The translations under genes and the position numbers were made by a program. This document shows positions 37,343 through 45,802 of a DNA stretch of 64,000 nt, one piece after another; the stretch's first letter is position 1; every line of letters begins with the position of its first letter. The notes beneath the pieces are model-generated. The model worked only from the letters and a program-made list of their open reading frames with translations. It did no database searches and was not told the DNA's origin. The stretch is taken from positions 12,639,039-12,703,038 of the forward strand of contig CM119271.1 in NCBI GenBank assembly GCA_051294375.1, in the 5' to 3' direction. This DNA is from Paraspadella gotoi (Eukaryota; Animalia; Chaetognatha).

Positions 37343-38671
37343 TTATTTCTTCTTCGGCGCCTGCTTCTCTTCTTCCGCCTTCTTCTTCGCCTTCATCACT
37401 CGGAACTTGTGAAGGCGTTTGTTGGCGCGGGCCTTTCGTAGCGTCTTAGAAGCGAATGATTAATAAAAGGTTAATCGAGATAATTTACTGAGAGAACTTT
37501 TAGCTTATTCATCATAAGAATAAATATCGTTCGTCTCGCATTCATCTATCAACAAAAACATCCGATCAATACAAATTAACGTTAAACGATGATCGAATTT
37601 GATAATTTAATCATAAAAAAAATGTCATTAATCTAATCGCAAACGAGTACAAAAATCAATTCGGAATGTTTCCCCCCAAAAAAATGTTTAACGAATTGAC
37701 CGACCGACCGACCAAATGTGGCCCCCCAAAAAACCTGATAAGCGGAGAATTTGGCCTCCTCCTCTAGGATTTCTCTCGGCGCCTCCGTCTCCTCCACTTC
37801 CGCCAGAGGGATGATCTCTTTCGATCGCAACTGAGTCGCCATCGACATCTCCTCCTTGGAAGCGTCGCCCTGGGGAGAGAGAGGGGGGAGGGAGGGAGGG
37901 GGGAATTGAAAAAGGGGAGGAGGTTGGAAGATAAAGAGATATTATAGTTAACTATTAAACCATTTTATCGTTTATTCATCTTAAATCGTAGATGAAGCAT
38001 TGACAAAAAGAAGGATACCCAACCTTGTGAGGGTGAGAGAGTTTCTTGGGGAAGAGGATGAGTTTGGATCGATATTCTTTGAGACGTTGAACGTTTTTCT
38101 GCAAAGACTCGATGCTCTTGTTGCGTCGGCGATAATCTACGGCGATGCCGATGGACCTATGTATAATCAGGGTAACCATCATCACAACAGAGATATCCCT
38201 CTGTTAGACCTCAACTCGTCATCGAGGAGATTCGTTAATTGAGCGCGTTATTTCAATTATTTCAATTATTTCAAGTAATTTGAATTATTATATGTATCGA
38301 AATCCATTTTAACTTACAACAACAACAATTCCCCGATAAAATATTTAAAACTGAATAAACTGACAAACGTTTAAACAACCAAAAGAGGCCCTCCGGTACC
38401 TCGCAAAGTTCTTGTTGAGACCCGCGGCCTTGATCTCCTCCAGACTGAAGCCGCGCCCGAGACGCTGCTTCTTGTTGTACTTGATGGTCGGACAACGAAC
38501 GATGGGTCGAAGTTTGGAGAGAGGGCGTGGCACAACCTTGGCCGCTTTGGCGCGACGGGCGTTCTTTCTCCTTACTTTGCGCGCGGGCTGATCGAACCAA
38601 GTCTTGACTCGGTTCTGCCAGTCTTTCTTGAAATGCGCGTTCTGAATCTGGTTGTTGTGTTTGGGAGCCAT
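37343..38671 (-). CDS. RPL13: 60S ribosomal protein L13 (eL13), 4 coding exons
   Basis: [32 protein letters not shown]...[13 protein letters not shown] / [36 protein letters not shown] / ...FSAYQ / [11 protein letters not shown]...KKK*. Confidence 0.98.
37446..37515 (-). ncRNA. Candidate intronic C/D box snoRNA in the last RPL13 intron
   Basis: Box C ATGATGA. The 13-nt TAATCATTCGCTT is antisense to the conserved LSU rRNA AAGCGAAUGAUUA and sits just before CTAA, a non-canonical D box overlapping the 3' splice site. Confidence 0.3.
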
Positions 38672-39664
38672 TGGGTTTTTTTTTTATTGGTTAATTCGAC
38701 GGAAGAGTTTGTTTGTTTGTTTGTTTTACTGAGGGAAGGTGAGGGGGTTTGGAAGCCGGGACCCGGAAGAGACTAGGGAAATATAAGTAGGGATGATGTA
38801 AAATGAATATTTGATCACAGACGCGACGGTTCGTGTCTAATTATACATCAGTCGTTTTTTTTTTTTTAAACGAAGCTAAACACATATGTGAAAGTTTGTC
38901 AATTATCTTTGGAAATAGAACTTCGGGGATTTTGAAACGACAAAACCGAATTAGACTAATTTTAATTTCCAATTTTATTAAAAAAGCTCGCGTAATAACA
39001 AAAGGGTTTCTTAACGAAATAAATTCTGTGGCCTAAGTTAAAAAACGAATTTTTAAAAGATTTACGAATAAATTTGTAAACGATGTTATATAAAAATATT
39101 AATTTGTTTTAAAAATATTTTAAAAATCTTAAAAGCATAAGGATCGTCGTAATCGCATAAGAAAAATCTGGATTGACGACAAATTTTAATACTAAAAAAA
39201 ATAAAATTTGAGAAAAGAAAATTAATTTATAAACAGAAAGAAAAATTCTATTTTGCGATTGTCAATTAAAAAAAATAATAAAGTACCGAAAAAAATAAAT
39301 GTTACAGTTTCTGAAAAAAAAGAAAAAAAATTTTCATTGTCAAAAAATAAATTAATCAGCAGACGCAGTCACTGAGAGAAAAAAAAGAAATAAAAATCCG
39401 ATGTTGCGATAGCAAAATGATAACATGCACGAATGCGATGCCTAATTTTACGAGTTCAATCCTAATTCAATTTTTTTTTTAATAAAACGCAGAGAGAGAG
39501 AGAGAAAAAGAAAGAAATCAAAAGGCAGCAGCTGAAGCAGCAGGAGAAAAGAGGAAAAAAAGAGAGAGCCCCTGCAGAGCTAGCTGCAGACTCAGAAGGC
39601 AGCAGCAGAAGCAGCAGGAAAAAAGAGAGAAAAAGAAAGAGCCCCTACAGAGCCAGCTGCAGAT

Positions 39665-40399
39665 TCGTTTTTCGTCACAAACGCTGAGCAAACAATGTCG
39701 GATCTGCCCACGATCATTATCGGTAATTAATTAATTAATAATTAATTTATTCAAGTTAATTATTTAATTAATTAGGCAATTTGATCCGAAATGTTTGTTT
39801 TGATTGATTAATTGACTGATTAATTAATTATTGATTAATTAATTGACTAATTGATTAATTAACTGATTAATTAATACATCTTGCATTTACATTTAAAATA
39901 AAAAGAAAAAGAAGCATAATCAATTAGTGAAACAGGTTTTTTCAATTTAAACCCATTTACACTCAAACGATTTCCATCGAAACTTGATTTCCAGTTTAAT
40001 CACGCACTTTTCTACCCAAATACAAAATTTCAAGTCAATCGCCCAATCCTCTCATGAGTAATTGGTGTTCAAATAATGAAATATATTTTTTTTGTTTTTT
40101 CTATTTAAACTCATTTCCACTCGGACGATTCTATCGAAACTTCATATCCAGCTCAATCACACACTTCCCTACCCACACAAAATTTCATTCCAATCCATCG
40201 ATCTAATCACGAGTAATTGGTGTTTTTTGCTAAGGTGGGACGGACGGACGGACGAACAGACAAACATTTTTTTTTGCATAATTTATCATAATTCGATGTT
40301 CTGACATGATATAAGTGAATGCCCGACAAGAGGGGGCGGACCGACGGATCGACAAAGTGAATTACAGAGTCGGGATCTGCTGTAAGCAGATCCGACTAA
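39665..40399 (-). mobile_element. Non-autonomous Helentron/DINE-1-like element
   Basis: Minus strand: T-run, then AGTCGGATCTGC-ttaca-GCAGATCCCGACT 5' hairpin (40397-40368), a GTCC/GTCT microsatellite (~40235-40265), and a 3' subterminal repeat GCAGATCCGAC (39707-39697). The same 3' end recurs at ~767 and ~7791. Confidence 0.6.
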
Positions 40400-41637
40400 A
40401 AACTGGAGGAAAAGTAAAAGTAAAAGTTTTCATAAGTCAACGCAGAAATATGTCACTATTATTAATTTGATTTTCGAGAATCCACATCAGTAAAGAGTGG
40501 AATAAACAATCACAGCATCTTCATTTCTGAAAAATGATATCTTTTCCAAGGCTTTCATTAAATATGAGCAACAACAAGAATCACATTTGGGTTTTGTAAG
40601 ACTTTCTTCTGGTGACTCAGTTATTAGAAAATTCGATTCTCTTTCAATGAATATTTAATTCTAGAATCGCAATACTAAAAAAAGGCGAAAACTATTTTTC
40701 AAGTTGGAAAAAGTTAAAAATGTAAAGCCAAGTCGAGACAAGAAGCGGACAAAAACTTTGGACGCAACTTTAAATATCCAACTTAAAATAACACAACACG
40801 CGCAATCATACCAACATCCTCTCGGTAAAATATTGAAATAATAGAGACATTGAGGAAAAATTGCAAAATTGCAAAACTGCGCAAAGTTATAAGCGTCGAT
40901 CAAAACGACCTTAAAATGTAGTTCATATTTGATCGAATTAATTTTTTGTCGGGGGGGGGGGAAAGAGGCGCGGGATGGGATCTAAGAAGCCCCCAAATGT
41001 TAAGAGACCTGGTCAACAGATTAAATGTCAGATTCAGTCAAGCTTTAACAAATTATATGAGGTCGAGCACAAATAAACAAAAAATGGTGGTGAATAATCT
41101 GATGGATTTAACGTCTAAAATATATTTGGTTGATTCTAATTCACATGAGAAAGAAATCGAGTATAACCGAAATATAAGCACACAATGTGGTCGGCGAATC
41201 GATGGGGTTCCCATCCTTTTCAACTTCTCTTTTGGGTTTTCATCCTTTTTCACTATTACTTTCAGTATCTATCTCTAATGTAGTAGTTTTTATCTCCTTT
41301 ACATTTCAAAAGACCAAATCCAAATGCAGCAAAGACCAAAAAAAAAAAAAAAAAATTCATTGATTATTCATGATTAACAAAAAGAGACAAAAAAAAATCA
41401 AAACCAAAACTCGTAAAAAATACTGTAAAAACATAAGAACTCTAGTGTCTCCCCCCCCCCTAAAATCGGCATTCCACAGTTCTTTTTTTTTTTTCAGCCA
41501 ATCAAATTCGTCCCTTGTGGCGGTATATTCACTCCGCCTCACATCCACCATCTGTCAGCCAAATCCATTGGCTCAGAGGGGGAACACACCATCCCAGGCG
41601 TAGTGTTCCATCCACAGTCCTAACGACTTCCCTCTGC

Positions 41638-41718
41638 GTTGGCAAAGCGAGACCGTCCTAGGGTAACCGCGCCAGTGACTGGAGGCGTCACTGAGGGTCG
41701 GAAGCCCCCAAAGCCAAC
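41638..41718 (+). ncRNA. Twister ribozyme, type P5, in the 5' LTR
   Basis: P5 gttggc/gccaac; P2 (c)cgc/gcg(a); GA; T1 CGG/CCG; T^AA cut at 41664^41665; T2 GC/GC; P3 cagtgac/gtcactg; P4 ggg/ccc; L4 TCGG-AA-GC. Confidence 0.8.
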
Positions 41719-42125
41719 AGTGAGATGCCCCATCCCAATGGGCATCACAGGCAACCCGGCTGTTGCCATAAGTGGTGAGCCCTACTATCGAACACGCAAC
41801 CTTCTCAGGGTACGCTATGACAAACGCCTATGCCTGCCGACTTTGGGTACGCTACGACAAACGCCTATGCCCCTGGGGTACGCTACGACAAACGCCTATG
41901 CCCCCACAACTCGCGCTCTCTCTCTCTCTCCCACTATGGTAACAGTCTTGTCAGACACCTCTCAGGCTTGAGGAACCTGAGTGATGTCTTGGCCCGGGGA
42001 TCCTGTGGCGGTATATTCACTCCGCCTCACATCCACCATCTGTCAGCCAAATCCATTGGCTCAGAGGGGGAACACACCATCCCAGGCGTAGTGTTCCATC
42101 CACAGTCCTAACGACTTCCCTCTGC

Positions 42126-42205
42126 GTTGGCAAAGCGAGACCGTCCTAGGTAACCGCGCCAGTGACTGGAGGCGTCACTGAGGGTCGGAAGCCCCCAAAG
42201 CCAAC
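42126..42205 (+). ncRNA. Twister ribozyme, type P5, in the 3' LTR
   Basis: Same as the 5' copy except P1 is tcctagg; predicted cut 42151^42152. Confidence 0.8.
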
Positions 42206-42286
42206 AGTGAGATGCCCCATCCCAATGCGGCATCACAGGCAACCCGGCTGTTGCCATACCCTTTTTTTTTTCTCGAATCATCCCAA

Positions 42287-45200
42287 TCACGAACCCTGAT
42301 ATCCGATCGCCGAGAGAACGACCTCGTCCCCATCGTCGGTGACTCTGCTCGATGGTTTCGCCGTCGACGAGTCGGACTCTCTCGAGGATCCGATGCCGCT
42401 CGTTCCGTCTCCGCTCGACGCCTTCAAGAAGACGACGAAGTCTTCCTCCTCTTCCCGCTCCACCTCCTCGAATTCGAAGCCTTTGAATCGGTTCGTCGGA
42501 GATTCCTCCAACATCATCCGGTCGATGGCGCGAATTCTGAAGACGACGAATCCAACGCAGAACGCGACGAGGGAGACGACGATGACGACGACGACGACGA
42601 CGACGGAAATCGCGACGACGGGGATTCGCGTCGGGGTTCGAGCTACGACCGGCGATGACCAACGGCCGACGCCCCAATCGTTGAAGGGCCGAACTCGAAA
42701 GGAAAATTCGACGCCGGGATCAAGATTCTCTGCCGTAAAACGGCGCCGGTTCTCCCACGGTTTCGATGGCGTGAAAACTTCGCGGCGCCGGATTTTGTCA
42801 GACTTGGTGACTATCTCGAACGAGAGACCGGCGCCGCGTAAATCGCAAGAAAAGGCGTCCCACGTGAGCGAGACGGCGTCATCGGCGATCGGTTCCGCCG
42901 CCACCGAAAAGCTCATATTCCCCGGCGGCGTCTTTTCTCGATAGACGCAGGAATCGCGTCGTCGACGGAATCTGTTTTCCTCGAGGGCGTCGTCGCAATC
43001 GAGCGGAACGTAGGCCCACTCGCGGTCGATGACATCGCCGACGAAGATCGGGACGTCCTCGTCCGGCCGCCGGACGAAGGTCTCGGCGTCGACGCAGTCC
43101 GAACCGCGTTTCCGGCACGTGATGACGCGATAGAGGCGGCAGGGTCCAGGGTCTCGTCTCATTTCGATCCACGCGACGGAAAATCCGATGGAATTTCCGA
43201 GTCTCGTCACTTTCATGCGTCGATCATCTTCGCCGACGAACGAGAGAGAGAGACGCAGCGGCGAAGACGGCGGCGAGCGGCCGGCGGAGTTGACGCTTCG
43301 GAGAGTCAGGTTGGTCCATGGAGGCGTGGAGGATGGCGCCTGTAAGAGATGAATTGAGTTGCTCAATATTATTTGCATGCGGTCTTGTTGGCGTTTGAAA
43401 GATTTAATTAATTAGGTATTTACGGTCTAAAACTTTTATGAAATTGGTACAAACAAGATAAAATTATCTATTCATTTAATAAATAAGCTATCTTGCTCCT
43501 GACTTTGGACAGGCTTTGAAGGTTCAAGGCCTCCATCACTCTTACCAGATAATGACGTTGCAGGACGCTGCAAGCTTTCACACTGGTCATTGGAATACCA
43601 ATTGATCACAATATTTGTTAATTATTGAATTAAATTACATAGTAATATTCATAGTCATATACTGAAAATTAGGATTCTGGTGAAGAACTTATGATCCAAA
43701 AGTTCAATGCTTCCTTAAACGGCTCTCGCTTAATTCAGTCTACCACATCTTGTAAGACATGCTTCCCTTTCATCAAATCAACAAAAATATACCACTTCAT
43801 TGATAGGGAAGCCAGGTACTCTGGGAGTGAATAAACGAGACTGTGAGAAAGTCTTGATTGAAAGCTTGCAGGGACCTGCTATGTTATTATCTTGTAAGAG
43901 TGATGGAGGTCTTAAACCACCAAATTCAGGGGCAAGATAGCTTATTTATTAAAAGAATGGATAATTTTTTATATTGGTTGTACCAATTTCATACATGTAC
44001 TCTAATATTCTTATAATATAATAAGTTAAGTATTACTTAAGACCCTCTTAACACACCGTCCACGAAAGACGATGAAGGCAGCGCCGGTAGCACGAGCGAG
44101 GATGAGAGAGAGCCGCGACGCCGGCGTCGATGACGAATTCCGTCAAGACGCCGTTTGTCTCGCAAGTCGGAGGATCGAGGACGTAGAGAATGAGATGAAC
44201 GACGCCGCTCAAAGGATCCGCGTCTGTCTCGAAGGCCACGAAATCCGGCGCCGTTCGAGGCGGCGCCTCCGCGGTGAGAAAGGAAAGAACGACGGGCGAA
44301 CTGGGGAATCCCTCGGGTCCGGAGATTGTCCGGAGATTGGCCGAGTAGTCGACTCCGGGAACGAGGTCGTCGACGGCGGCGAAGGTCGAGTCCGAGACGG
44401 CAACGGAGGAATTGAGACAAGACGACGTCAGCGAGACTCGAAAATGATGATCGATTCCAAATCGATCCAATATTTTGTTTCGTCGCCAACGGAATTCCGC
44501 TCGAGTCTTCGAGACGTCGACGACGACGAAACCTTCGGCGGGAGAGGGCGTCACGAGTCGAGAAGGCATCGCCAGACGAACATCGCCTGTCAGATTCAGG
44601 CCCGCCGCCTCGACGATCCATCGGAATCGCATGACTTCGTTTTGCGCGAAAGTGAAGACGCAGTTTCGATCCCGCGGCGTCGGATTAAGTCCGAGTGTTG
44701 CTTTTAAGTCGACGGGGTTGTCGGCAAGAGTTTCCCCCGAAGAAGGGTCGAAGGCGCATCTGAATGGCGGCGCCGAGCTGCTGTTCAAGTTGCGGCCCTC
44801 CACGAAATACTCGATCGAAATCTCTTGGGCTTCGGGAAAAGGAAAAGCGAGAGTTCGAAAGACGATTCGTTCAAAGTTGTCGACGAGCAACTCGAGCCGC
44901 GAGGATTTGAGAGAGAGAATCCGTATGGAGGCGAGGATTGGGTTACATCCGGAAGAAGGGCTAGAGTAGTATCCGCAGTAGAGACGATCCACGCGGCTTT
45001 TCCCGCTACATGCGGGTTGAAACCGCGCAACGACGGATGTGGGCGTGGCGTCGACGGACACGAGGGCCGCCTGACGCCATCGACATTCGAAACCGAGGGC
45101 GGAGGCATTCTCAGCGGATTGAATGAGGGGGATCTGTCAGGGATTGTTCAATTGTCAGTTTTAGTTGTTTACATTTTAGTTGACATATAAAAGTCACAAA

Positions 45201-45338
45201 TAATCTTACTTGGACTCGACATTCCTTTCCACACTCGCAAAGAGAGTCACTCTGGACACGCGGATAATCAATCTCCCGACATGCGAAGGTTGAAGAGATC
45301 AAAAGGCAAGAGGCAATGATTATCCAAGATCCAGTCAT
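42287..45338 (-). CDS. Single-pass type I membrane protein with fibronectin type III repeats (orphan receptor-like)
   Basis: Signal peptide MTGSWIIIASCLLISSTFA; FN3 motifs (DDLVPGVDYSANLRTI, ENLDPGVEFSFRVRPFNDWGVGRWS); TM VVAISVVVVVVVIVVSLVAFCVGFVVF; short acidic tail. Apparent frameshifts in exon 2. Confidence 0.75.
43439..43991. mobile_element. Family D MITE, full length (553 bp), ~70-bp TIRs, TA flanks
   Basis: ta|TGAAATTGGTACAA...AATAAATAAGCTATCTTGC.CCTGA ... TCAGGGGCAAGATAGCTTATTTATT...TTGTACCAATTTCA|ta. Intronic. Confidence 0.85.
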
Positions 45339-45565
45339 AATTATAAAAAAAGTTTATTTAATCCATTTTTTTTTTGGTGTTGAGAAAGCCATACACAAAG
45401 TGCTGTTAGTATTCATTACCTAAAGCATAAATTAACAATGAGGTACAATTAAAGTAATAGTAACAAATGTAAAAAAAAAAAATTAAAAAGTAATCTAACG
45501 ACGAGCGGTGGGTTTGAATATTGCCCGCTCGTTGACCAAATATCTATCGGCGATTCGATTGACTA

Positions 45566-45736
45566 TTAATTCCTCTTCAATTCTCGTCGCCGATTTTTTT
45601 CCGGCGGATTTAGAAAGATCGGAGAGTCCCGTCGGCCGGAAGCGAGGACGCCACCGGACGGGGCTCTTCTCGCCTCCGAAGCGACGGAACGCGTAGAACC
45701 AGTTGCCGTCGGTGTCGCGGGCGTCGGCCAGGACCT

Positions 45737-45802
<66 letters not shown>

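Larger units (their letters stand above)
41516..42258 (+). mobile_element. Family B full-length miniature LTR retroelement (743 bp): LTRs 41516-41770 and 42004-42258, 4-bp TSD CCCT
   Basis: ccct|TGTGGC...GCCATA|ccct. The 255-bp LTRs differ by two 1-nt indels. PBS-like TGGTGAGCCCTAC at 41773-41785; GGGGATCC before the 3' LTR; no coding capacity. Confidence 0.95.

Noticed and set aside
38160-38225. Second C/D snoRNA in RPL13 intron 1 (ATGACGA...TGATGA...CTGA)
   Set aside because: Box-like motifs are present, but I cannot identify a convincing rRNA or snRNA antisense guide.
41691-41712. CTGAGGG...AAAG as a hammerhead core
   Set aside because: No CUGANGA/GAAA match; the twister fold explains all conserved positions and covariation.
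41808-41905. CRISPR-like short direct repeats
   Set aside because: Three repeats with spacers under 10 nt, eukaryotic context, no cas genes.
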